Source: an uncultured Gemmatimonadales bacterium (lineage in GTDB: Bacteria > Gemmatimonadota > Gemmatimonadetes > Gemmatimonadales > GWC2-71-9). From it: a stretch of DNA of 64,000 nt. The notes under the pieces were generated by a model that worked only from the letters and a program-made list of their open reading frames with translations, was not told the origin of the DNA and made no database searches. Position 1 is the stretch's first letter. Each line of letters starts with the position of its first letter. Shown piece after piece: positions 50,660 through 62,491 of the stretch. Location: assembly GCA_963730185.1 (NCBI GenBank), contig CAVSQW010000006.1:192001-256000 (forward strand), in the 5' to 3' direction. Made by a program: the position numbers and the translations under genes.

Positions 50660-53600
50660 CTAGGGAACCAGCCCCCGCCTCCCGACGTAGATCGGCGTGA
50701 TCCCCCGCTCCCGCATCAGGGCGTTCAGCGCCGCCACGTCGCGATCCTGCATCGCGCGCCACTCGGCCAACCGGGCGTCGAGCTGACCTCGAAGCTGCTC
50801 GAACACCGTCACGTCCTGCGCGGTCGGCGCGTCGTTCGATCCCGCGACCGACCCCTCGAGGCTCACCAGCTTGGCGTTGAGCTGGATCGGGTAGTTCATG
50901 AAGAGCCACTTGGCCGCCTTGGCCCGGTACTGGAAGAACCGGACCGAGAGCGAGTCGGCCCGGGCGTCGAGCACCTTGGCTGAATCGACTACCGCCCGCA
51001 TGGTGGAGTCGGCGCCGAGCCGGTCGGAGATCCCCTTGAGCTGCTGACGCAGCCCGGCGATCTGGTTGAACGCGTTGTGGTCGTCGGCCAGGGCTTGGTT
51101 CAGCTTCTTCATCAGGTCGAGCTGCTGGGCCAGAGCGGCCGGGCTGGTCTGGAGCCGAGGGTCGAGCGTCACCGTGAGCGGCTGGGTGTAGGCGTGGCCG
51201 TTCACCGTCAGGCGGACGGTGTAGCGTCCCGGCAGGACGGTCGGCGTCATCGGCCGGCCGGCCTCGAAGATCGGCCCGCCCGGCACTTGGAGCGGCGGCG
51301 GCGGGGCATAGCCCAAGTCCCAGACGAACCGGTTGCCGCCGGCCTTGGCGCTCAGCCGGCGGCCGCGCTCCTCCGAGGTGTCGCTCGAGAACCGGTTGAC
51401 CACCTCACCGCTCGCGTCCAACACCTCGAGGCTGATCGGCTCGGTCGGCGCAGCTTTGAGGTAGTAGTCGACCAGCGCGCCGCCCGGCGCGTTCTTCCCC
51501 GCGGTGGGGTCGTCCCCGAACCCGCTGCCACCCAGCGACGACCGCATCGCCGGGGCCGGCGCGAACAAGTAGGCTTCGGCGCCGGCGACGGTGCTCGTGG
51601 CCTGGCGGAGCGCGGCGATGCCGTCGAGGATCCAGAACCCTCGGCCGTGGGTGGCCAGGACCAGGTCGTTGCCATGCACCACCAGGTCGCGGATCGAGGT
51701 GGGCGGCAGGTTGAGCCGGAGCGACTGCCAGTGGTCGCCGTCGTCGAACGAGACGAACACGCCCTTCTCGGTGCCGGCGTAGAGCATCCGGGACCGGACC
51801 GGATCTTCCCGAATGACGTACGCCGAACCCTCGACGCCGGCGCCGATGGAGGTCCAGGTCTTGCCGCCGTCGTGGGTCCGGAGGAGGTAGGGCGCGTCGT
51901 CGCCCAGCAGGTGGGCGTTGGCGGCGGCGTAAGCGGTGCCGGCGTCGCGCGACGAGGCCTCGATCAGCTCGACGTGCGCCCAAGCCGGCATCGCCTTCGG
52001 CGTAACGTCGGTCCAGTGCACCCCTCGGTCGCGGGTCAGGTGGATCAACCCGTCGTCGGTCCCGACCCAAATCAAGTCCTTGGCGACCGGCGACGGCGCG
52101 ATGGTATAGATCACGTCGTAGTACTCGGCGCCCACGTTGTCGAGCGTGATCGGTCCGCCGGAGAGCTGCTGCTTGGCCTTGTCGTTCCGGGTCAGGTCGG
52201 GACTGAGCTTGGTCCAGCTTCGCCCGCCGTCGGTGGTCTCGAGGAGATACTGGGACCCGGTGTAGAGCGTGTAGGGGCGATGGGGATCGAACGCCGAGGG
52301 TGCGGTCCAGCTGAAGCGCAGGGGGACGGTCTCGGCGGCGTAGCCTTCGGTGTTCTCGGGCCAGGGCGTCACGTCCTGGGCCTCTCCGGTCGCCCGGTTC
52401 CAGCGGGTGAGCGAGCCGAAGTACGACCCCGCGAACACGGTGTCGGGCGCGCCGGGCACCGGCAGGACGTACCCGCTCTCGCCGCCGGCCACGTCGTACC
52501 AGTCCTGGTCGGTGATCGCGCCCCGGTTGGTGGCGCTGGCGATGGAGTAGGTGCCGCGATCCTGCTGGGCGCCGTAGACCCGGTACGGCACCTGATCGTC
52601 CGTCGCGACGTGGTAGATCTGGGCGGTCGGCTGGTTGGACTCGGTGCTCCAGTGCGCCCCGCCGTCCATCGAGATCGTGGCCCCGCCGTCGTTCCCCTCA
52701 ATCATCCGCTCGGGGGCGGTGGGGTCGATCCAGAGCGCGTGGTTGTCGACGTGGGGCGGGTTGAGCCGGGTGATACTGGCGCCGCCGTCGGTCGACCGGT
52801 ACATGAAGAAGTTGAGGAGGTAGACCGTGGTAGGAGCGACCGGGTCGGCCTTGACCTGGAAGTAGTACCAGGGCCGCTGCCGGATGTTCTGGTCGTCGTT
52901 GACGAGCTTCCAGCTGTCGCCGCCGTCGTCCGAGCGGTAGAGGCCGCCGGCCTTGGCGTTGATCAGGGCGTACACGTGTCGTCCGTCCGCGCCGACCGAC
53001 ACGGCGGTCCGCCCCCAGAGCCCGCCGGGCAGCCCGTGTCCCTCGAGCTTGCGCCAGGTGACACCGCCGTCGCGCGACTGGTAGAAGCCGCTCCCCGCCC
53101 CGCCGTCGACCAGCGACCAGGGCGTCCGCCGAACTTGCCACATCGCGGCGTACACGATTCGGGCGTTGGTCGGATCCATCGCCAGATCGATCGCCCCGGT
53201 ACTGTCGTTGACGTACAGGGTCCGCTGCCAGGTGGTACCGCCGTCGGTGGAGCGGTAGACGCCGCGTCCCTCGTTCGGCGCGAAGACATGGCCGAGCGCC
53301 GCGACGAGGAGCACGTCCGGGTTCCGCGGGTCGACGACGATCCGACCGATCTGGTGGGAGTCGTCCAGACCGACGTGGGTCCAGGTCCGGCCGGCGTCGG
53401 TGGACCGGTAGACGCCATCGCCGCTCGCGATGTCGGTCCGCGGGTCGGGCTCGCCGGTGCCGGCGTAGATCACGTTCGGGTCGGAGGGCGCGATGGCCAG
53501 GGCGCCGATGGTGCCGACCGTTCGGACCCTTCCAGCTCGATTCCCAGGTCTGGCCGGCGTCGACCGTCTTCCAGACGCCGCCGTTGACTGCCCCGAAGAA

Positions 53601-53804
53601 GAAGGTGGACGGGTTGGCGGCGATGCCGGCCACGGCCTCCACCCGGCCGCCCTGAAACGGTCCGACATGGCGCCACGTCAGGGCGCCGTAGAGCGCAGCC
53701 GGGACCTGCTGCGCCTGGGCAGGACCTGAGCCGACCAGTTGAGCCACCCCCGCCAGCAGAGCGATCGTGACGTTCCGCGTGACTCGCCAATGACTACGAT
53801 TCAT
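50660..53804 (-). CDS. Secreted BNR/Asp-box (VPS10/sortilin-like) glycosyl hydrolase, frameshift near 53520
   Basis: Signal peptide, WRHVGPFQGGR, repeated S/TxDGGxTW motifs, LATHGRGFWILD. Confidence 0.85.
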
Positions 53805-53975
53805 GGTTCGCTTCCCGAGTCGATTCTCGGTCCTCTCGGTGGCGGGCGCGTCGATGGATGCGCGGACGCGCCGCGGAGGACCGGCTTGTGAGACAACGAT
53901 CCGACACGACGGCCCGCCTCGCAACCCGCTCGGTGGCGTTCCTGGTGCCGAGACGGCTGCCGAGGGCCGGATCGG

Positions 53976-54737
53976 TCAGCCAGAGGGGGGACCGGGTGCC
54001 TCACCCTCGAGGGAGAGTAACCAGCCCAGCCGGATGGTGTCGTGCAACGAGTGGGCGATGACGAGGCGCCAAAGGTTCCGCCCCCCGACCACGTAGGTCA
54101 CTCCATAGATCAGGCCGACCAGGATCCCGGTGATGACCGTCCCGGGGCCATGCTGGAAATGGAGCAGACCGAACAAAAGGGCCGTGGCACCCACGGCGGC
54201 GTACCAGGCCGCCTGGCTACCGCCGAGGCCGAGCGCCACCCGGCTCATCAGGAAGCCGCGAACGCTCAGCTCCTCGGTGAGGCCGACCAACGCGATGGTG
54301 TTGATCAGCAGCATCGCGATGGCCAGCCGGTGGCCCCGCAAGGCCCGGTAGCGCGACGGCGGCCACGCCCCGCCCCAGAGTGAGGGCAGCCGGGCCACCA
54401 GCTCGGCCACGAGCAGGGTCGCCGCGGTCAGGGCGAGCACGCTGAGCAGGAACCGGCCCGTTCGCTCGGGCCACACGCAGGCCGAGGCCGGACCAGGTCT
54501 CACCCCGCCGGGACAGGAGCCAGGTAAGGATCGGAAGCTGGATCGCCGGCGTGAGGAGCTCGGTCGCCCAGACCCGATAGTCGGCAAAAGGCACCCGGCG
54601 GAGGTCGATCCCGAGCCCCTTGGACAAGACGAGTGCCTTGACCAGAGATGGGAGGAAGAGGCAACGACCCAACCTGCCAGATCGAAGATCGTCTGGCCGG
54701 GGCCCAGAGGGAGCGGCGCCACCGGGCTCGCGAGCAC
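53976..54737 (-). CDS. CPBP (CAAX/Abi) intramembrane metalloprotease, frameshifted
   Basis: Motifs EELSVRG, FGLLH, HSLHD. Confidence 0.75.
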   Translation of the reverse strand: MLASPVAPLPLGPGQTIFDLAGWVVASSSHLWSRHSSCPRGSGSTSAGCLLPTIGSGRPSSSRRRSSFRSLPGSCPGGVRPGPASACVWPERTGRFLLSVLALTAATLLVAELVARLPSLWGGAWPPSRYRALRGHRLAIAMLLINTIALVGLTEELSVRGFLMSRVALGLGGSQAAWYAAVGATALLFGLLHFQHGPGTVITGILVGLIYGVTYVVGGRNLWRLVIAHSLHDTIRLGWLLSLEGEAPGPPSG

Positions 54738-54745
54738 CGACCCGC

Positions 54746-56810
54746 TCAGGGCATCTGGCTCCGATACCGGCCCAGCCAGCCGAAGAGCGTGGTCAGCTTG
54801 GCCGCCTCGTGGCTGGGCCGCCGCCGGATCCCGTGCGGCTCGCCCGGCACCCGGACCAGCACCGCGGGCACGCCCAGCATCTTGAGCGCCTTGTAGTACT
54901 GCTCCGACTCCGACATCGGGGTCCGGTGGTCCTCCTCGCCGGTCATGATCAGGGTCGGCGTCTTGACGTTCTTCACCACCGAGAGGAGCGAGCGCTTGGC
55001 GTAGTTCTCGGGATAGTCCCACGGGAAGCCCGGGAACCAGTTGTTGACCGACGACGGCGCCATGTCGGCCGTGAGGGAGAAGCTCTCCCAGTTGATGACC
55101 GGATAGAAGGCGAGCGCCGCCTTGAACCGGTCGGTGTGGCCGATCATCCAGGCGGTCAGCACCCCGCCGCCGCTCCCGCCGGTCACGAAGAGGTTGTTCG
55201 GGTCGACGTACCCCTTGGCGAGCACCGCATCCACGCCGGAGTTCAGGTCGTAGAAGTCGTCACCCGGATAGGCGTGGTGGATCAGGTTCCCGAACTCCTC
55301 GCCGTAGCTGGTGCTGCCCCGCGGGTTGGCGTAGAGCACCACGTAGCCCGCCGCCGCCATCAGCTGCTTCTCCTCGTCGAAGCCGGTCGCCGTAGTTGGC
55401 GAAGGGCCCGCCGTGGATCTCGAGGATGAAGGGATACTTCCGCGACGGATCGAAGCCCGGCGGCTTGATGATCCAGCCCTGGATCTTCCGGCCGTCCTTG
55501 GACGACGGATACCAGATCTCCTCGACCTGCCCCAGCGTGCGGCCGGCCAGGAGGTCGGCGTTGAGGGCGGTCAGGGTCTTGACCGGCGCCCCCGGCGCAC
55601 CGCCGGTGTAGGCGAGCTCCGACGGCTGGTCGGGCGTGCTCATGGTGAAGGCCACCGCGCCGGTCGGCCCGACGTCGTAGCTCCCACCCATGTAGGCCGA
55701 GCCGTTCGCGCCCAGGTGCTCGGCCACCACCTGATAGCTGCCGTCGAGCGCGAAGCGGGCGACCTTGGTGTCGCCCTGCTGGTCGAAGCTCACGTACACC
55801 CACTTGCCGTCGGCCGACCACCGCGGGTTCCCGACGCTCTGGTCGAGCTTGGTCGAGAGCACCCGCTTGCCCGAGCCGTCTGCGTTCATGACGGAGAGCA
55901 GGGTGTTCTGGTATCCCTGCTTGTGGTCGTCGTAGCCCACCCAGGCGATCAGCTTCCCGTCGGGCGAGACGGCCGGGCTCTGATCGGGACCGAACCGGTC
56001 GGTGAGCTGCCGCATCGCCCCGGTCTTGACGGAGAAGGCGTAGAGGTCGGTCTCGCGCCAGTTGAACTCGGGCCGGTCGCCCCGGCGGGCGGGGAGGACC
56101 AGCTCGCTCCCGTCGCGGCTCCAGGTCACGTCACCGCCGATGAAGAAGAGCCCGCCGTAGTTGAAGTCGCCGCTGGTGACCTGGCGAGGGCTCCCGCCAT
56201 CGGCCGAGACCACGAAGGCGTGGATGAAGCCGGTGGGGAGCTCGCCCACGCCGTCGAACCGGAAGACCAGGCGGTCGTCGTACTTGGGCGGCGGCGCCCA
56301 CTCGGCGCCGGGTGGCGCATGGAGCGGTGTGCCCGACCACCAGTGCCGGGGTGGGCACCAGCTTGAGGAAGGCGAGCTGCGTGCCGTCCGGCGACCAGGC
56401 CGGCGACGCCGGCGGCTCGGTGACGTTGGTGACCGGATAGGTGACGCCGGTGTCCATCCAGCGGACGTAGACCTGGGGGTGGCCGCTCTGGGTCGGAGAC
56501 GTAGGCGAGCCGCTTCCCGTCCGGCGACCAGCGCCGGCGACCCGTCGTTCACCTTGCCGGTGGTGAGCGGCCGGTGCTCGCTCCCGTCCGGCTTCACGAT
56601 CCAGAGATTGGAGTAGCGCCGGTCGGTCATCACGTCGTTCCACCGCCGGACGTAGACGATCCACTGCCCGTCGGGCGAGATGGCCGGATCGGTCGCGTAC
56701 TGAAGCTGGAAGAGATCGGTCGGCTGGAGCGTCGGGGCCTGCGCCGAGACGATCGGGGCGAGGACCAGCGCGCCGAGGAGAGCGAGTGCCGCGCGGGAGA
56801 AGAGTCGCAT
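54746..56810 (-). CDS. S9 family peptidase with beta-propeller, frameshifted
   Basis: SPDG/WD40-like repeats, IHGGP, NPRGS, GGSGGG, EDHRT, EPHGI. Confidence 0.9.
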
Positions 56811-56845
56811 GGGTTCTCTCGGTTCCGATGGGTTCGAGCGATTCG

Positions 56846-57440
56846 TCAGCGGAGCTCAGCCAGCGCCGCGAGGATCATGTCGTTGGTCGGGCGGATCTTG
56901 TAGTTGACCTCGGTGAACTTCCACTGCACCACGCCGCGCCGGTCGATCACGTAGGTGGTCGGATGGGGCCAGCCCCGGCCCGACGGGTTGAGGAGGCCGT
57001 AGCGATCGATGACCCGATGGCCGGGATCGGAGAGCATCGTGAAGGCCGGCTCCCGTCCGTCCTCCTTCGCGATCCGCTGAGCCATCAGGTCCAGGTGTTC
57101 CTGGTCGTCGATCGAGAGCGCGATGACTTCGGTCGACTGGCGCTGTTCCGGCGTCAACAGATCTCTCAGCTCGCCGAGCTGACGGGCGCAGTACGGTCAC
57201 CAGTGGCCCCGGTAGAAGACGAGGACCACGTTCTTCCGGCCCCGGAAGCTCGAGAGCGTCGACCGGCGCCAGGGCTCGGCTCATCAGGGTGAAGTCGGGG
57301 GCCGGGGCCCCCGGCGCCACCCGGGCCGTGTCGGTCGGAGGAAGCCCGGCACCGTCTTTCGGGCCGAGCGGCACGGGCCGCTGGGCGCCGGCGGGAACGG
57401 CCGCGAGCAGGCCCAGCATCAGCAGGGGGAGCGCGCGCAT
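56846..57440 (-). CDS. Secreted AhpC/TSA peroxiredoxin-like selenoprotein (UxxC), frameshift near 57260
   Basis: APDFTL...VVLVFYRGHW-TGA-PYCARQLGEL continues in frame into ORF 56846-57157 (LSDPGH, HPTTYVID). Confidence 0.85.
57166..57182 (-). promoter_or_regulatory. Candidate bacterial SECIS hairpin
   Basis: TCAGCTC-GGC-GAGCTGA starting 14 nt after the in-frame UGA (57197-57199). Confidence 0.6.
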
Positions 57441-57611
57441 GTCGCCTCGAGCACGGAGGATGAATTTCCGAATCTACCGCCAAACCGGGGTGCCTGGGGG
57501 GTCCTTCGCCCGGATGACGGCCCGGGACCCGGGGCAGTAGAATCCAGGCGGTGGGGGACGGCCGGCGCGGGAGGCCGGTCGCCCGCGGATCGTATTCCCC
57601 GGAGGTCACGC

Positions 57612-58142
57612 GTGCCCGATCAGACGGCAGCCGCCCTGCTGGCGAGCGCCCTGCTGCTCAGCCCCGCCGGACTCGGAGCCCAGAGCCCGGCGCGCCGCGA
57701 CTCGATCGTCGAGGTCGCGCGCTCGCTCATCGAGGGCGCCCACTACGCCGCGCTGGTCACCACGGCGCCGGACGGCTCGCCCCAGGCCCGGACCGTGGAC
57801 CCGTTCGCACCGGACTCCGCTTTCGTGGTCTGGATCGGGACCAACCCCCGGACCAGGAAGGTGGCCGAGATCCGCCGTGACCCGCGGGTGACGCTCTACT
57901 GGTTCGATCCGAAGGCGCTGGGCTACGTGACCCTGCACGGCCGGGCGCGGCTGGTGAACGATTCGGCGGAGAAGGCCCGCCGCTTCAAGCCGGCTTGGGC
58001 GGCGTTCTATCCCGATCGGGCCCGCGACTTTCTCCTGATCGAGGTTCGGCCCCGACGGATGGAGGTGGTGAGCCCGGCCCACGGCATCACCGGCGACTCG
58101 CTGACCTGGCGCCCGCCGACGGTGACCCTGCCCCGGCGTTAG
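57612..58142 (+). CDS. Pyridoxamine 5'-phosphate oxidase-like FMN-binding protein
   Basis: Motifs GSPQART, TRKVAEIRRDPRVTLY, YVTLHGRA. Confidence 0.85.
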   Translation: MPDQTAAALLASALLLSPAGLGAQSPARRDSIVEVARSLIEGAHYAALVTTAPDGSPQARTVDPFAPDSAFVVWIGTNPRTRKVAEIRRDPRVTLYWFDPKALGYVTLHGRARLVNDSAEKARRFKPAWAAFYPDRARDFLLIEVRPRRMEVVSPAHGITGDSLTWRPPTVTLPRR

Positions 58143-59557
58143 GCGAACAGCGGCGGCCGGCGCCGGCCGTGGCCGGTGGCCTGCTCGAACGCGTGGCCCA
58201 GCTGGAGCACCCCCCAGTCGTCCCGATGGCGGCCCACGATCTGGAGCCCCACCGGGAGCCCCTCGGCCGAAAAGCCGGCCGGCACGGAGAGCGCCGGGTT
58301 GCCGACCGTCGAGACGAACCAGCACGACTTCATCCAGTCGATGTACGTCTCCATCGTCGCGCCCGCGATGTCCGTCGGGAACTCGATCGACAGGTCGAAC
58401 GGCAGCACCTGCACGGTCGGGAGGATCAGGAAGTCGTAGCGGTCGAAGAACTCGCGGACCCGTTGATAGAGCGCCGACCGGGCCTGCTCCGCGCGGGCCA
58501 GGTCTGGGCCACCTAACGCCCTTCCCCGGTCGATCTCGTCCGCCACCGTCGCCTTGATCCGGCCGACGTGGCGGCGTCCGAGGTCGCCCAGCTTGGCCTC
58601 GAAGGCCCAAGCCCGCCAGGCCCTGAACGCCTGGTCGGCACCGCGGAAATCGGGCGCGGCCGTCTCGACGACCGCGCCCAGCGATTCGAAGACGGGACGG
58701 GCCCGGTCGACCACCGCGCGAACCTCGGGACTCCAGGGCAGGTCGAGATCGTCGGCCCACGCGATCCGAACCCCGGCCAGGTCGCGCTCGAGCGGCGCGG
58801 CGAAGCGGGCCCCGGGGTCGTCCAAGGCGATCGGCGAGCGGGGATCGGGACCCGCGATCGCCGAGAGCAAGAGCGCCAGGTCGGACACGCTCCGGGCCAT
58901 CGGGCCGTCGACCGAGAGAGTGAACCAGGCGTTGATCGACGGCCAGATCGGGACCCGCCCCGGCGAAGGACGGAGGCCGACCACGTTGCAGAAGCTGGCT
59001 GGATTGCGGAGCGAGCCGCCCATGTCGCTGCCGTCGGCCAGGGGAGTCATCCCGGTCGCCAGCGCGACCGCCGCCCCGCCGCTGCTGCCGCCGCAGGTAC
59101 GAGTCAGGTCCCAGGGATTCTTGGTGGCCCCGAAAATGGGGTTGAACGTCTGAGAGCCGGCCCCGAACTCCGGGGTGTTGGTCTTCCCGATCACCACCGC
59201 CCCGGCTCGGCGGAGCCGCTCCACCAGCAGGGAATCGCGAGTCGGGACGAAGTCCTGGAAGAGCGGTGAGCCGAAGGTGGTCCGGATGCCGGCCGTCTCC
59301 TGGAGGTCCTTCACCGCGATCGGCAATCCGTGCAACGCCCCCAGCGGCTCACCGCGAGCGCGGGCCTCGTCGAGGGCGCGGGCCTCTTCCCGGGCCCGCT
59401 CGGGCACCAGGGTCACGATCGCGTTGACCGCCGGATTGACTCGCTCGATCCGGCGGAGGTGGGCCTCGAGCACCTCGACGGCCGAGAGCGCCCCGGATCG
59501 GAGCCGGGTCGCGAGCTCGGCGGCGGGGAGGAAACAGAGATCGGTCGGGTCGGTCAT
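58139..59557 (-). CDS. Amidase signature enzyme
   Basis: Motifs GLPIAVKD, GGSSGG, GSDMGGSLRNPA. Confidence 0.93.
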   Translation of the reverse strand: MTDPTDLCFLPAAELATRLRSGALSAVEVLEAHLRRIERVNPAVNAIVTLVPERAREEARALDEARARGEPLGALHGLPIAVKDLQETAGIRTTFGSPLFQDFVPTRDSLLVERLRRAGAVVIGKTNTPEFGAGSQTFNPIFGATKNPWDLTRTCGGSSGGAAVALATGMTPLADGSDMGGSLRNPASFCNVVGLRPSPGRVPIWPSINAWFTLSVDGPMARSVSDLALLLSAIAGPDPRSPIALDDPGARFAAPLERDLAGVRIAWADDLDLPWSPEVRAVVDRARPVFESLGAVVETAAPDFRGADQAFRAWRAWAFEAKLGDLGRRHVGRIKATVADEIDRGRALGGPDLARAEQARSALYQRVREFFDRYDFLILPTVQVLPFDLSIEFPTDIAGATMETYIDWMKSCWFVSTVGNPALSVPAGFSAEGLPVGLQIVGRHRDDWGVLQLGHAFEQATGHGRRRPPLFA

Positions 59558-59689
59558 CGGTTGCTCGGGCGGCGTCCGGGAGTAGGTTCTGGCAGCACGT
59601 CACTCTCGACCAGACGGACGGCAGCGATTGATATCGGTCGGGGCACGGAGCCGCAAGGCCCGCGCTCCGGAGACAGGAGTGGAGCGCCC

Positions 59690-60214
59690 ATGGAAACGAT
59701 CGGCATCGTGGCGATGTCGCTCGACGGCTGCATGACCCGACACGACCGTGAGGGGGTGAGCTTCGCGTCGTCGGGCGACCGCGAGTTCTTCCAGGCGGCG
59801 CTGGCCGAGTGCGACTGCTGCCTGATGGGGTCCCGAACCTTCGAGGGCGGTCGCGAACGGATTCTCCAGGGCATCGAGCAGGACCGGCTCCGGCTGGTGC
59901 TCACCTCGGCGCCCGGCCGCTACGCGGGATTCGCGCGGCCGGAGCGGCTCGAATTCCACACCGGCGACCTGGCCCGCACGATCGACTGGCTCCGCTCCCG
60001 GGGCTTCCGGCGCTGCGCCATCCTGGGCGGCACCGGGATCTACACCGAGGCGGTGGCCCGGGGTCTCATGAACGAGCTCTGGATCACCCTCGAGCCGGTG
60101 GCGTTCGGGACCGGCCGTCGGCTGTTCGACGGCTCCAACGACTTCCGCTTCAGCCTGAAGAGCGTCGAGCGCCTCGGCGCGAGCACCCTACTGCTCAAGT
60201 ACCGGGCCGCCTAA
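59690..60214 (+). CDS. Dihydrofolate reductase / RibD C-terminal family protein
   Basis: Motifs AMSLDG, LMGSRTFE, ILGG, PVAFGTG. Confidence 0.85.
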   Translation: METIGIVAMSLDGCMTRHDREGVSFASSGDREFFQAALAECDCCLMGSRTFEGGRERILQGIEQDRLRLVLTSAPGRYAGFARPERLEFHTGDLARTIDWLRSRGFRRCAILGGTGIYTEAVARGLMNELWITLEPVAFGTGRRLFDGSNDFRFSLKSVERLGASTLLLKYRAA

Positions 60215-62491
60215 CGTCCGTCGCCGAGCACTTCGATCGTGACCTGATCGGCCAGGCTCCCGGCCGTGGCCCGGATCACGTGCCTCCCGGGTTCGAGCCG
60301 CCAGCGGTGGTCGGGATGGGGCCGGCCATCGACGTACCAGCGGACCGGCCCCGACGCGCCCGCGGCCCGGAGCCCCACGGTGGCGTAGGCCGGATCGACC
60401 CCGGGCACGAAGCGGTAGCGGTCGCCGGGTCCCGGCGAGGTGATCCGGAAGCCGACCCGCCCGGTATCGGCGGCCACCCGGACCACCCCCGCGGACGCGA
60501 TCGCGTTCCCGCTCCCGGCCCGGGCCGCCCAGTCGGCGTACAGCGGCGGGAGCCGAACCCCGCGCGGGTCGTGCCAGTCGCAGGGCTCCTGGGGCACGGT
60601 CCCCGGTCGAAACCACTCGGTGGCGGTCGGGCAGTACGGGCCGGCCACGAGCCCCGACACCCGACAGATCGTCGCCGGCACCAACCCGGCGTCGCGGGGC
60701 ACCGGCAGGGTGCCCGGGGGGTACCTGACCGCCGTGGCGAGCACCACCCGCTGGAGCAGGGGGCCGGCCCCGCTCACTCCGCTCACGCCATCCATCGGCT
60801 GGCCGTTGAAGTTGCCCACCCAGACCGCCACCGTGAACGACCCGGTGACCGCGACCGCCCAGTTGTCGGTGAAGTGCCGGCTCGTCCCCGTCTTGGCCGC
60901 GGCTCGAAAGGGCAGCTCGAGCGGGGTGCTCAATGCCGAACCCGGGCACCCGGGCCACCGGGTCGGCCAGGATGTCGAGCACTTGCGCCGCGGAGGCGGG
61001 GCTCATCACCACCCGGGCCTCACCGGGCGGGGCGGCCGGCGGCGCCGGGGTCCACCGCACCGGATGCCAGACGCCACCGTCGGCCAGGGCCCGATAGCCG
61101 TTGGCCAGCTCCAGGAGCGTCACCTCGCCGTTGCCTAACGCGAGTCCGAGTCCGTAGAAGTCGGCCCGGCGGCGGAGCGACGCGAACCCGGCCCGATGGA
61201 GAACGTCGAGCAGTGAGGGGACTCCCACCCGGGAGGTGAGCTCCACCGCCGGCACGTTGAACGAGCTGGCCAGCGCCTCCCGGACTCGCACCGGCCCGTG
61301 GAAGCGACGGTCGTAGTTCCGAGGCGCGTACGGTCCGGTCGCCGTCCGGTACACCGTGGCGACGTCGGGGAGCACCGAGGCCGGCGTGTATCCCCGGTCG
61401 AACGCCAGTCCATAGAGGAACGGCTTCAGGGTGGAGCCGGGCTGCCGGGGCGAGATCACCATGTCGACCTGACCGGCGGAGGGCTCGAAGAAGTCGGGCG
61501 AGCCCACCCAGGCGAGGACCTCGCCGGTGCGGTTCGAGAGCACGACCGCCGCGCCCCTGCCGGGCTCCGGCCCGCCGCATGTCCGCGACGGTGTTGGCGC
61601 ACTTCCGCCTCGACGGCCTGCTGGAGCCCGAGATCGAGCGAGGTCTCGATCACGCTTCCGGCGGGAACGGAGTCGGCCAGCGGGCCGCTCAGGAGCCAGC
61701 TGGTGAAGTGGGGCGCCAGGAAGGAGGCATCCGGTCGGCGATCGAGCACCGGCTCCTCGCGGGCCCGCTCGACCACCTGCTCCGGCGTCAGGCCGAGGCG
61801 GGCCACTCGCTCCAGGACCAGATCGCGCCGGGCCGAGGCCCGCGCCCGCGAGCTGATCGGATTGTCGCGGCTCGGCGCCCGGGCCAGCCCCGCCAGGAGC
61901 GCGGCCTGCCCCAGGCTCAGGTCGCCCGCCGTCGGCCGAAGTAGAGCCGACTCGCGGCGTCGACCCCCTGGGTTCCCTGTCCCAGAGGGACGCGGTTCAG
62001 GTACTGCTCCAGGATCCGCTGCTTCGTCCAGATGGGCCTCGAGCCGGAGCGCCCAGAGCCGCCTGACGGAGCTTGCCCACCACGTGTGCGGGATCGGGCG
62101 GATCATCCGGCGCCAGCTGCATCGTGAGGGTCGACGCGCCGGAGGTCACCCGCCCGTGCGCGCAGGTTGCCGAGCGCCGCGCGACCGAGGGCGAGCCAGT
62201 CGACCCCGTGATGCACGAAGAAGCGTCGGTCCTCGGCGGCCAGGAAGGCGGTCAGCAGGTCGGGGTCGATGTCGTCGAGCGGCAGCCACCGCTGGCGGGC
62301 ACCGTCGGCCGCCCGGGTCGTCCGGAGCGGCTGGCCGGACCGATCCAGCACGGCGAACCCGGTGGCCGCGGGCGGGGAGAGGAGCTGATCGCCGGCACGG
62401 GCAGCGGCCACCCACCCGAGACCCCGCGGCCGCCAGCCCGATCGCGAGCCATCCGACCCGACGCGCGCCGGACCCGCCGCCGGAAGGCCAT
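60211..62491 (-). CDS. pbpC: Penicillin-binding protein 1C, multiply frameshifted
   Basis: Motifs AEDRRF.HHGVD, PGSTLKPF, SFN, KTGTS; adjacent to alpha-2-macroglobulin. Confidence 0.88.

Noticed and set aside
53826..53885. GC-rich nested inverted repeats upstream of the glycosyl hydrolase
   Set aside because: Expected by chance at this GC level; no U-tract or second copy seen.
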